A stretch of 57,342 bases of DNA, the filler included, from Trypethelium eluteriae (lineage: Eukaryota), in the NCBI GenBank assembly GCA_051942245.1. It is 3 parts of 3 records of this genome, joined end to end, with 100 filler letters (N's around TTAATTAATTAA, not from the genome) between each part and the next. Parts side by side here need not be neighbours in the genome. Positions count along the whole stretch, not along the records: positions 38,306 to 57,342 come from JAVECL010000538.1; 2 more parts are not named here. The stretch is one strand, 5' to 3'. The notes under the pieces are model-generated. The model was not told the DNA's origin and searched no databases. It saw nothing but the letters and a program-made list of their open reading frames with translations. Shown here in pieces: positions 47,055-57,342 of this stretch; the first letter of the stretch is position 1, and every line of letters begins with the position of its first letter. The position numbers were made by a program, and so were the translations under genes.

Positions 47055-48461
47055 TCAAGGGTCCGGATCGCTTGGAGCACCGTAATAGGGCGAAAAGGAA
47101 TACCGAAACCCGTTGCTGTTGAAACGATTCGGCGTTTCTGGAGATTCTGGGAAACTCCCAAGAAACCCGACGTTCCAATTCTTGGCCATCCGCCTCCATA
47201 CTGTAGACGTCTCATCTCTGATCTTCTCGTAGCTGATGAAGAGAGAAAGGGTACCAGATACGTAGGGTACTGCTAGAGATGTGCCGGATGGGATGAAAAT
47301 AGAGCCGAAACGATAAGAGTTGAAACTATTACCTTGAAAAGTCGCACACCATGTATCCTGACCCGGGGCTGCGAGTGTAACGTCGGGTCCGTAGTTAGAG
47401 GTATTCGTTTTTCTATATCTCTCATCAACCGCCGCAACACAGATTACCTCGGTCATGTTGCATGGAAACGCGGTAGAGGCGTCTGAATTCGTATCTCCAG
47501 CTGGAACCACGACAGGGATCCCAGCGTAAACCGCCCTCTTAATTGCTATCTCTACAGCTCGATCAAAGCCGCCAGACATTGAGAGACTGATTACTGAGCC
47601 TGCAAAAGGTGAAAGACGATTAAGCAATTTTCTCTGGTTATGGATTTTCGTCACATCAAATATTGCCCTAGCAATCTCAATTGTGTTGCCTCCTATCTTA
47701 GTACCGACTTTCACATTAATAATATTCGCGCGTTTTGCAGTCCCAAAAGTATTGCCAGCAGCAAGTGAGGCAATACATGTACCATGTGTTGCAGGAGTTG
47801 TGTCCATCATAGTTCTTTCTGTACCATCCGGGTCCATATCTGGCCTGATATATGGCGAAAAGTCTAATCCTTTGAAGTTAAAAGCTCGGCCACCAAATTC
47901 AGGATGATGGATATTGACACCCGAATCCAGGACATAAATATCGACGTTACTGCCTGCCTCACTCCAATAACGATACTCATATGAGTCAATATTCCTTCTG
48001 CGGGAAAGCTTTTCTTTGCTTGATTGCATCGCCAGTTGGAAGGACGCGTCTTGAGCCGTCTTTGAAGTCCACCGTTTTTCTAGACTCATTTTATAACCAA
48101 TAGTTGGACTGGAGTTAGGCAGGTAAAAGTAGCTGGACTGTTCAACCCATTCAACTCCTACATCACTCTTTACAATATTAATTAGCGATTGGTTGCCCCT
48201 AAGGTAATATCCGGGAAGAGTATCCAAGTTGTAGTGTTCATGGCCTAATAAAGATATGTTTAACTGAGTCCGTTCCAGATGATGCTCTAGAGTATAGTTC
48301 TCCTTTAATTTAACAATATAGCTATCAAGGATCAATTTAGAAGCATTATGGCTGATGTACGGTGCGAGTCTAGGCTGCTCAGTAAGATGTGGCGAGATGC
48401 CCACCACCGCCACTGCTCCTAAAGCCATGATAATACCGAGTGTGAACATCCGTGCTGTCAT
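47055..48461 (-). CDS. Secreted subtilisin-like serine protease (S8A, proteinase K-like) with I9-type propeptide
   Basis: Signal peptide MTARMFTLGIIMALGAVAVVG, prodomain SYIVKLK, and triad VLDSG / HGTCIAS / SGTSLAVPYVSG. Intronless. Confidence 0.9.
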   Translation of the reverse strand: MTARMFTLGIIMALGAVAVVGISPHLTEQPRLAPYISHNASKLILDSYIVKLKENYTLEHHLERTQLNISLLGHEHYNLDTLPGYYLRGNQSLINIVKSDVGVEWVEQSSYFYLPNSSPTIGYKMSLEKRWTSKTAQDASFQLAMQSSKEKLSRRRNIDSYEYRYWSEAGSNVDIYVLDSGVNIHHPEFGGRAFNFKGLDFSPYIRPDMDPDGTERTMMDTTPATHGTCIASLAAGNTFGTAKRANIINVKVGTKIGGNTIEIARAIFDVTKIHNQRKLLNRLSPFAGSVISLSMSGGFDRAVEIAIKRAVYAGIPVVVPAGDTNSDASTAFPCNMTEVICVAAVDERYRKTNTSNYGPDVTLAAPGQDTWCATFQGNSFNSYRFGSIFIPSGTSLAVPYVSGTLSLFISYEKIRDETSTVWRRMAKNWNVGFLGSFPESPETPNRFNSNGFRYSFSPYYGAPSDPDP

Positions 48462-48839
48462 AGAAAGGAGGGAGAGAGGGATAAGCGTATGATAATAACT
48501 GGGTTCTTCAGACCCCAATGCCTATCAGCTCCCTCAATATCTATTCGGATGCACCAGGCCAAGTGGCCCTTCCGACCGATCAAGCCACTCATCACGATGA
48601 CGACAGAAATCGAGAGTAGAGGTAGACAAAGGGTATATGTTCTGCATTCGAAATGCATATACGCCCTGACGATCGGTTTCGTACGAAGGAGACCGCACAG
48701 AATGCCTGCCCGTTATTCGAGGTAGGTATGTATTTGGAGTGGCACAGAGTGGTTGTCGTACGCGCAGGGCGGAGCAAATTCGCGCTAGCCCACGCATCAG
48801 TACGGAGTACTCCGTACACCGATAATGAAGCTATTTCTA

Positions 48840-51370
48840 TTCCTGTGCCCCATAATTCTGACAGACTACTCCGGATAGACTTACGAACAAAGGGCAAGAG
48901 AGAACTCTCTTAGGACTTCGGCTTCCCTCATCAGATCGATTTGCATGGGCGACATGATCTTGTTTCCGCCTTGGCATCGCGAATTTTTTATGGTCGGCAA
49001 ACACATCATGGACTAGGCTAGCCAACGCTGTAGCATCTAGACCTATGCCACCACCACTGCCCTTGCCGCAGGTGAGATTGCTACTGTGCCGGACTTTGTC
49101 TTCGTGTAGATCGCCCCTGCTCTCTTCCTCATCGTCTCCGCAGCTATCCATAGCGTGTTAGGCCGGACTGCTCTGAGCGTTCTTTCCACCGTCAGCGGCC
49201 GGCTTCGCTAAAACGCTAAACAAGTCCAGGGAAGAACCGCAGGGATATATGGCGTTTGTGTCCTCAGAAACAGATATTTCATCGTCAGGTGCGGCGGCGT
49301 TCATGTCCGACAGCTCCCTGATCACGGTACACGCACTTGGTATGTCTAAGAAAACCACGTCAGCAAGCAACGTTCACGCATGATCTGCAGCATGAGTTCT
49401 GGTTTATTTACCTGGGCTGACACCAGGCCGCACGTTTGTGGTAGTGGTAGCGGCAAGACTGGCACTGTCCTTACTCCTCCTATTGACCGGTGCTTCCGGT
49501 GAGGAAGCCTCGAGGCGGCCACGTCAAAATCCTTTCCCGGCCTGCGCGAAAATGTCGCATAAGGACGGAAGGTCACCAGCTTTTTCACCGTGATCATTGT
49601 CGTTGTCAGGGCGGTCGTAGCTATGTCTTAGGGGACTGGGACACGGTGCTTGCCGGAGACGCGATCCAATGGCTCCAAAACCTCTCACGCTACTAGATAC
49701 TCTCGAGCGGCGCTTTAGTGATCAGAGCTAGCCGAACCCACAACCTCCACGAAGTCCGGGTCGCTTATAAGTCTTAAGGACGCCGATTGTGAGAGGTTTG
49801 CAGAAGATGTGGCCGCTGAAGGATGAGGCGTATTCCCCAGGTTGACAAGAGTTGAAGGTCGTCGTAGTTGTAGTATAACGAGATATGAATGACAAAGAGA
49901 TAAGAACGGTCTCGAGAGATGTAAAACGGCGGAACAGATCTGACGAGTGAGAAACAAAGGACTGGCGCCCTCAATATAGAAAAGCAGTACAGTCCAATTG
50001 GCTCTTTTTCTCCCCTCTATTATCCAGGCATTTATTATCCAGGCAGCAGCCCGGCTCGTCAACTACTGTGTCCGCACTTGCGCCGATATTCCTACCTCAT
50101 ATATCTTGCCAGGGTAGGAGACAGTCCTGACGGTCCTATGGAGCAGGTCGGTGTCCGCTGAAACGTCGTGACTGACAAGGGCTTCCGTCATTTTGTGGCT
50201 AGTATAACCACGGCAGTGCTGATCTCGAGAATGAGAGGAAAGGGTAGGGCACTCTCTTGCTTTCCGAGGTCGTAAGGGTCTGAAGAAGGCGTGTTTATCT
50301 TAATGCGGGACTGAGAGCGTTCCCTTCGATAGTTTTTCGACAGCCCTACAGCTTCCATCGAAGTTGATAGCCCATCTTAATAAGCCCATACCGCTGTCAA
50401 CAGGATCACCATCGTAAATAGAGAATCGAAATCCGAGTCCTTCCAGGAGGAGACTCGACCTTGAGTATCCAGTTTACCCTTCCTTGTCGTGTTGCTCACA
50501 AACCCCATTTGAAGAATCCCTGTGTTGCTTGAAGCCCATATAGAGGGGGTGATGGCCAAGCATCCATTTGTAGTATCCTGACGCATCCATTGCTGAATGG
50601 CATGCCACGCTCATACGCTGCTCCAGCCAAGAATGGAGGCGTGATATGCTGCGGCTTCTGTGAAGCTCAGTAGTGGTTATTTTGTGCGATGCCAGACCAT
50701 GAGCAAGGGGTACCCGCTGTAGCCACAATCGCACGCATGACTCGGCAATCCATCTAGGGTCCTCTTGTGCGCCGAGATTGCCTTTTTCAAAAGCAGGACG
50801 AGTTGTGTCGCGGAAGTCGGCCCAAGTATGGAGCAGTCTGGGCCTACACTCTGGGAGCGAATCCAAGGCAAAGCGCACTTGGCAGACACACACCCACCAC
50901 AGGCAGCAAAATGGACTAGCTGCAGACCAGCCCGTGAGGCATTTTTGAGTTCAATGCGTCAGGTGCAGGATTTGAACTGCTGCATCGGCCTCTGTCACAA
51001 GCTCAGGACACATCGTCATCCTCCACCTTCTTTCTCAGCCTTAGCTAGCCAAGCATGCCGGACTGTACGCGTTATCATCTCTGAATTTTGATGCGATGTG
51101 GGCAGGATCCACGTAGAACTCAGCGGAGGCAGTGCAGCACGGAACGGTGATCCCAAACCAGACAGTCGTAGAGGACAACCATTTCGCCGCAATCTGTGAC
51201 ACAGATCTCCCCAGGTTGATGACGCTGGGGTAAAGGCTCGGGACGAGCATTGTAGTCACACTCGCAAGGTCGTAAAAGAGGATGAAGTCGCGGGCGACAC
51301 AGTGTCGGAAGGTTATCGAAGTGCACCGTACATGGTCAGAGGTTCGCCGTTGGATGTGCCAGGGGGAATT
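48840..51370 (-). pseudogene. Degenerate coding-like segments (one or two decayed genes; the one at ~50380-51330 possibly F-box-like)
   Basis: Runs of short minus-strand ORFs broken by stops and frameshifts, with VHFDNLPT..ILFYDL near 51320. No secure family assignment. Confidence 0.25.
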
Positions 51371-51910
51371 GGCGATTCGGAGAGCATCGAAACAGGCTCG
51401 ATTGAGACCGTGGCATCAGGAGAGTCGAGGTTTGGAGGGGTGATCTGATGGTACAGGCAGAGGACGGGCAGATATGTGGAAGGGTCGTCGGAGAATTGGG
51501 GGGCTTAAATATGCAGAATCGGGTTCGAATAGTGTTACGGGGAGCAGGGCAGGTGTGCCAGTGCGACCGGAGTGGAGAGAATAAGAGAATTAGAGACCAA
51601 GGGGAGAGGGACGACGAGAGGGACGATGAGAAAGATGGGGAGAGGGCTCTTCAGCGATGTTGAAAAAGCAGCGACCCGCCAGCCCGCCAAAGCTAGGCGA
51701 CCATGCCCGGCACAGCCGCTATCAAAACCGGAGTCGGCAACAACTTTACGGAGTCAATTGGTGCAAAACAAATTCGGGGGCGGTGACGGTAGCGCTACCT
51801 AGAGTTATTACTAGTCTTCACGTTCATTTCATGTAACTTTATGTGCCGTCCACTACCTATAGTGCTCGCATATCAACTTTCAACATTTCACATTGGGAAC
51901 GATTTTGGGT

Positions 51911-54900
51911 ATGGCGCAAACAGCACTTGCAGATGCGCAGCCGGATCCCAAAGAGAGTCTGAATTGGAATAATTATTGTGGAGGTAAGAAGAACTTCGGG
52001 CTGCCTCGTTGAATTGCTTTATGCTGACATGTCTCCCCGAAGCTATACATGAAATTTTTGCTTCCAACGCCCAAGACCATCCGGACGCACCATGTGTTGT
52101 GGAAACCAAGGGACCACGGACTGCTCAGCGCATCTTTACCTATCAGCAAATCAATGAAAGTTCGAATCAGCTAGCCCACTATTTCCTCGCCAATGCTTGT
52201 GAAGTTGGTGATGTTGTCATGATCTATGCATATCGCGGGTCAGTCCTCCAATCTGAGCTTGTAGGAATATCTAACATGAGAAGTGTGGAACTTGTCATCG
52301 CTTATATGGGAGCCCTCAAGGCTGGTGCAACCGTTAGCGTACTAGATCCATTGTACCCAGCAGAACGACAGAAGGTCCTTCTGGAGGTTGCCAGCCCTAA
52401 GTTCTTGATCCACATTCATCGGGCCACTGAAGCAGCCGGTCCGCTGTCAGAAACAGTAGCCAATTACATTGCCAACCAGCTCATGATCAAGGCTGAAGTA
52501 CCTGCGCTTAGGCTTGAGACTGATGGCACTCTCTTTGGAGGCGACATTGATGGTCACGACTGCCTTCAGGCACACTTGCAGTCGAGGCAGAAAATTCCCG
52601 GCGTTCTAATCGGTCCAGACTCCAATCCTACTCTCAGTTTCACCAGCGGCTCCGAAGGAAGACCAAAGGGTGTTTTAGGTCGGCATTTCTCACTGACTCA
52701 TTATTTTCCCTGGATGGCTCAGAGATTCGGCTTGTCAAAGAGAGATCGAATTACGATGCTGTCCGGATTGGCCCACGACCCGATTCAGCGTGATATTTTC
52801 ACTGCATTATTCCTTGGTGCTCGGATTATGATACCCCATCCAGACAGTATCGCACACGAACTTTTGGCGGAATGGATGAAGGAGAATGAGATCACTGTAA
52901 CCCATCTAACTCCTGCGATGGGTCAGATTCTTGTTGGTGGAGCCGTTGCCCAGTTTCCAAGTCTTCATCATGCTTTCTTTGTCGGGGACTTGTTGACCAA
53001 GAAGGATTGCAGAAAACTACAGAGTCTTGCTCCTAATGTTTATATTATCAATCTTTACGGCACAACCGAGACTCAACGAGCAGTATCCTTCTTTGAGATA
53101 CCAAGCCAGCGTCAGGAGCCTTCATATCTGGAAAAATTACCAGACATTATTCCAGTAGGGCAAGGCATGCTCAATGTTCAGCTTTTGGTCGTTGACCGAG
53201 AGGATCGACACAAACTCTGTCAGATCGGTGAACAGGGCGAACTATTTCTCCGGGCAGGCGGACTGGCCGAGGGATATCTGGGAGCTAACGCTGAAACTCA
53301 AAGACTCAACGAAGACAAATTTCTCTCGAATTGGTTTGTCGATTCCACCAAATGGACTCGTGAGTACGAACGCATTGCTTCAGAGGCTCCTGAACCCTGG
53401 ATGAAGCTCTACAAAGGGCCTAGGGACCGCATCTACAGAACTGGCGATCTAGCTCGGATCCGTTCAGATGGGGCAGTTGAATGCACTGGCCGAATTGACA
53501 ATCAGGTTAAAATTCGTGGTTTCCGGATCGAGCTTGGCGAGATTGACTCCCATCTATCCCACCATCCCTTTATACGCGAAAATGTCACCATGGTTCGTAG
53601 AGATAAAGACGAAGAGCCAACATTAGTGACATACATTGTACCAGAGGCGAGGCGATGGCTGCAGCAGGTCGCTAAAGATGGTATACCCGCGCAAGACGTC
53701 TCTCAAGATGAATCCTTGGTCACTATGATGAGAACGTTCAAACTGCTCTCCGAAGATTGCAAAAACTTCCTCAAATCCAGAGTCCCTCATTACGCTGTCC
53801 CGACCATGGTCATTCCCCTAGTACGCATGCCCTTGAGTAAGTTGTGCTTCCATCCAGGACTGCTCCACTCGAACCTGACAGCTGACTTTTCTAAGATCCT
53901 AACGGTAAAATCGACAAGCCAGCGCTTCCTTTCCCGAGTGCAAGCGACCTTGCCTTCGTACATAGAAGGGCGTCTCGGTCCAGCTCAACTCTGGAGTCAT
54001 TGACCGAAACTCAGAAGAGGATGGCTGCTATCTGGGCCGAGACTCTACCTAACCGCTCTATTCGCATGTTTGCGCCATGCTCGAATTTCTTTGAAGAGGG
54101 TGGTCACTCCATACTGGCCCAGCAGATGCTCTTCAAAGTCAAGAGAGAATGGGAAGACGTCGATATCCCGATGAGCGCCATTTTCAGGGCGCAGACGTTG
54201 GAGGCGTTTGCCGGAGAGATTGACCGAGCCCAAGATCCCACAGGGCTGCGACTTGACTCGGGACCGTTAGGAGCCAACTTCGGCTCTGACAAGATTGAAG
54301 ACGAAGCGTATGCTGAGGACGCCCGCGATCTTGCAAAACAATTGCCGAAGGCTATTCTGAACGCAGGTCCTCTAGAGCAGCACACCGAGTGCGTTGCCTT
54401 TGTGACTGGGGCGACTGGATTTCTCGGCTCCTATATTCTGCACGAACTTCTTGGCCGAAATAAGATGTTGAGAGTCATTGCGCTTGTGCGATGTAAAGAT
54501 CCCACAACCGGGCTTGCACGCATTGAGGCCGCCACGAAGGCCTACGGGCTTTGGACGGAAGGTTGGAGACAGCGTCTGCAAGTTGTTCCGGGGGACTTGT
54601 CTAGGCCGAAGCTAGGTCTAACAGCTGATGATTGGGAGCAAGTCTGCGACAAAGCCAATGTCGTTATCCACAATGGCGCGCAGGTGAATTGGATGCTACC
54701 CTACTCTCGCTTGCGCTCCGCGAACGTTTTGAGTACCATGGCTTGCATCATGCTTTGTACGAGCGGGAGGCCGAAGCGACTCACTTTTGTGAGCTCTACG
54801 TCCACATTAGACACTAACCATTATATCCAGCTTTCGCGCACGCTAATCGCGGCTGGAAAGAACGGCGTCCCTGAGACTGATGACCTCGAAGGAAGCCGCA

Positions 54901-55661
54901 AAGGCCTGGGCACAGGATACGGCCAGTCAAAGTGGGCGAGTGAGCATATTGTCCGAGCTGCGGGCAGTCGTGGACTTATTGGCTCGATTGTGAGGCCCGG
55001 CTACATTACTGGGGACCCGCAAAGTGGAATCTCCATTACTGATGACTTCCTTGTGCGATTATGGAAAGCCTGCTTGCAAGTACGGGGCCGTCCTGACATC
55101 GGCAGCGGGATCAATCAGGTCTCTGTTACCCAAGTCAGCCGGATCGTCGTTGCTTCAGCTATGCACCCGCCGGTCGAACCGCTCGGTGTTGTGCATGTCA
55201 CGAGCCGCCCACGATTGACTATGAACGAGTGGCTGGGTGCGCTGGAGACTTATGGATATCCCATACCTCAGGTTTCGTACAGCGAGTGGTGTACTCGGCT
55301 GAGAGCTTATGTAGCTGAACCGACGCATAAGGAGGATCTCGCGCTCCTCCCACTATTTCATTTCGTTGTGGGTGATCTCCCGTCCGATTCGATTGCCCCG
55401 GAACTGGATGATGTCAATGCGCAAGCCGTACTCCGGAGTTACAGCACTGCCTCTGGAAATGAGCAACCCCAGTCTAATGCTACCTTTGCGGGTAGAACGG
55501 ATGCCGTTGCTATGTATCTATCATACCTGGTAGCTGCCTCATTTCTCCCTCCTCCCCCTGGCTCGGATTCAAGCACCCAAAAACTTCCTAATTGCAGGCT
55601 CAGTGATGAGAGACTGAAGGCTCTGGCTACCCTGGGTGGAAGAGCAGCCGGTCCAAAATGA
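51911..55661 (+). CDS. LYS2: L-aminoadipate-semialdehyde dehydrogenase (alpha-aminoadipate reductase, A-T-R); introns ~51983-52042, ~52239-52284, ~53837-53896
   Basis: PDPKESLNWNNYCG|AIHEIFASNA, TLSFTSGSEGRPKGV, AHDPIQRDIF, NLYGTTETQRAVS, YRTGDL, QVKIRGFRIELGEI, NPNGKIDK, PCP FFEEGGHSIL, R domain TGATGFLG and GYGQSKW. Confidence 0.93.
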
Positions 55662-55754
55662 TACCGAGTAGCATCGCGGATTTGATATTGCGGTGTTGGT
55701 TTGGGGTCAATCAAAGTATAAGCAGACAGCATCTACTAACTGTATGTTATAAAG

Positions 55755-56150
55755 AAGGTGAAGCGACCTCGATAACTCTTAGTGCTCTCTCCTTCCCCTC
55801 TCACAATGCCGGAATTACTCCAAAAATAATCGGAAGAGATATACTCGACCTTCGACGCCGGTACCAATATCCCTACTGGCCCTCAAATATTGGGTCGCGC
55901 AATCATACGAGCATGTATCGACGACGCATTACGAATGTCGCGGCCTGTCTCTGGAACACCAGGGTACGAATTGCCTTCAGACGATGACAAAGAATCTTTG
56001 GTCATTAATGGCAACTCGGTCCCACCAAATGCGATGGTAGAGTGCAATGCCTATGCGATTTACCCAATGAGGAACACTTCCTAGAGCAACTCGACTTCAA
56101 TAATGAGAGACGGCTCATTATCAACGAGGCTGATTCAGAAGACGCAGGGG
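55755..56150 (+). pseudogene. Cytochrome P450 internal fragment (I helix to PERF region)
   Basis: GEATSITLSALSF (I helix), EEIYSTFD, RACIDDALRMSRPVSG (ExxR decayed), LVINGNSVPPN and NEEHFLEQLDFNNERRL (PERF), across frameshifts. No heme Cys motif is seen. Confidence 0.7.
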
Positions 56151-56512
56151 CGGCGACAAGACTTAAGGTAGAGTTTGTGGAACTAGAAAGAACTCTAAGC
56201 AAGCAAGGTTATCAGGAGAAGGATCCGAAATCACCGCTAAAGTCTTCTACGATTTAGCTGCTGCAATCGAATCGCTGAAATGTGTTGAGAATCTGAGTAA
56301 TCCATCAAACGATCAACATCAGCTCTAAAGCTTCATTCCTCAAGACTTTATCGTTTTCGGTTGCCCAATGGCACGCGTTGCTCCTGCGTGTTTTAAGAAC
56401 AGGACCTTGTTATTTTCCTCGACCACATAGATGTGAAGCCACATACTTGGACCTGGTCCTTGCTTCGACAACCCATCCGAGCTCTTTCCATAGCATAAGC
56501 CCATGACGGCCT

Positions 56513-57342
56513 TTACATCTCTAGGTACTCTCGTAAATTGTGCTCAAACTCATTTTCCCGACTCAGTAGCCCACGCCCGATAAGCACGATTTTTCCACCA
56601 TTTTCGGCGCTGCTTGATCCTCTGGCTTTACTAACACCGCTTCCATCTTTCGCGTCGAGCATTTCGAAGACCTCCCTTACGCCCTGCAACATTTTGGCCC
56701 CTCCATCGCTTAGCAGAATCCTTCCTTTGAGGCGGTGAATCTCAAAGCCTACAGCGGTACCTTGAGTAAGCGGAGTTGGAGAAGCCGCTGCCTGTTGAGT
56801 GGATGAGAGGACAGAAGCAGGGGTGGACGAAGTCGTCGATATCGCAGAAGCTGTCGTCAGCCCTACACTATTAGCTGAAGAGCGGGCCGCCGGGGCAGAA
56901 TTACTGGAAGAGCGAGGCAAAGTCCGTTCCCACAAAACTGAACGAAGCCATGCATCTAGTCGCAAAAGTGGAGTCGTTGGAAGAGTAGGGACCGACAACG
57001 TAAGGGTCGAGATTGTCTGGTGCAGCATCAGCCAGAAGTCTCTCGCGGCGATCTCCATAGATATAAGACAGCATAGTAGCTGACATGGGAAGAAGAAATA
57101 ACATACCGGATCCAGATGACTATGCCCCTTACTCGCAAATTCCAACGCTCCAGCATCCACATCGTCATACGCATGCAAATCCAGCAGCACCCCCTCCAAC
57201 TGCGGCACCCGACTCTGCTGCGTAACATGCACCTTCGCCAGCCCATTAATCCCCTGCACCCTCTCTCTCACCACCGCCAATTCCTGCGCACCCACCAAAT
57301 CACTCTTATTCACCACCACCACATCCGCATGCGAAATCTGCA
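56513..57342 (-). CDS. CobW/COG0523 zinc metallochaperone GTPase (ZNG1-like), C-terminal part; runs off the window; intron ~57021-57106
   Basis: QISHADVVVVNKSDLV, INGLAK, HSHLDP|TIST, EIHRLKG, QGVREVFE and KIVLIGRGL. Confidence 0.88.
   Translation of the reverse strand, partial: QISHADVVVVNKSDLVGAQELAVVRERVQGINGLAKVHVTQQSRVPQLEGVLLDLHAYDDVDAGALEFASKGHSHLDPVCYFFFPCQLLCCLISMEIAARDFWLMLHQTISTLTLSVPTLPTTPLLRLDAWLRSVLWERTLPRSSSNSAPAARSSANSVGLTTASAISTTSSTPASVLSSTQQAAASPTPLTQGTAVGFEIHRLKGRILLSDGGAKMLQGVREVFEMLDAKDGSGVSKARGSSSAENGGKIVLIGRGLLSRENEFEHNLREYLEM

Noticed and set aside
38306..51800. Starship-type giant transposon
   Set aside because: The cargo looks accessory, but no DUF3435 tyrosine recombinase or element boundary is visible in the window.
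1..57342. CRISPR arrays, rRNA or tRNA genes
   Set aside because: None recognised by eye. tRNAscan-SE/Infernal would be needed to exclude small RNAs.

Overview
Genomic DNA from a filamentous ascomycete (Pezizomycotina; short GT-AG introns, strong RIP-type C->T/G->A damage). It consists of three contigs joined by artificial 100-bp N/TTAATTAATTAA linkers (19056-19155, 38206-38305). Segment 1 opens with a RIP-degraded repeat block forming an exact three-level nest: a WD40 (probable NACHT-WD/NLR) gene was hit by a 166-bp solo-LTR-like element (TSD ATGTT), that by a full-length Tad1-like LINE (14-bp TSD), and that by a full-length Ty3/Gypsy chromovirus (495-bp LTRs, TSD GCTTT). The chromovirus carries, between its chromodomain and PPT, a hidden antisense ORF with Zn(II)2Cys6 cysteine spacing plus a charged helix; this is the most novel-looking feature. 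A HET-type gene tail, an SDR pseudogene, mitochondrial ribosomal protein L31 and a truncated FNR-type reductase follow. Segment 2 is ordinary core genome: cis-prenyltransferase, SidL-like acyltransferase, FLVCR-like MFS transporter, TFP11/Ntr1 and hypothetical proteins. Segment 3 is accessory-like: a truncated SesB-hydrolase/NACHT-type NLR head-to-head with a DUF6601-like gene, proline iminopeptidase, methyltransferase, a HET relic, a subtilase with an atypical oxyanion residue and degenerate ORFs, followed by LYS2, a P450 relic and the 3' end of a CobW/ZNG1 GTPase. All family assignments are from motif recognition by eye, not database searches.
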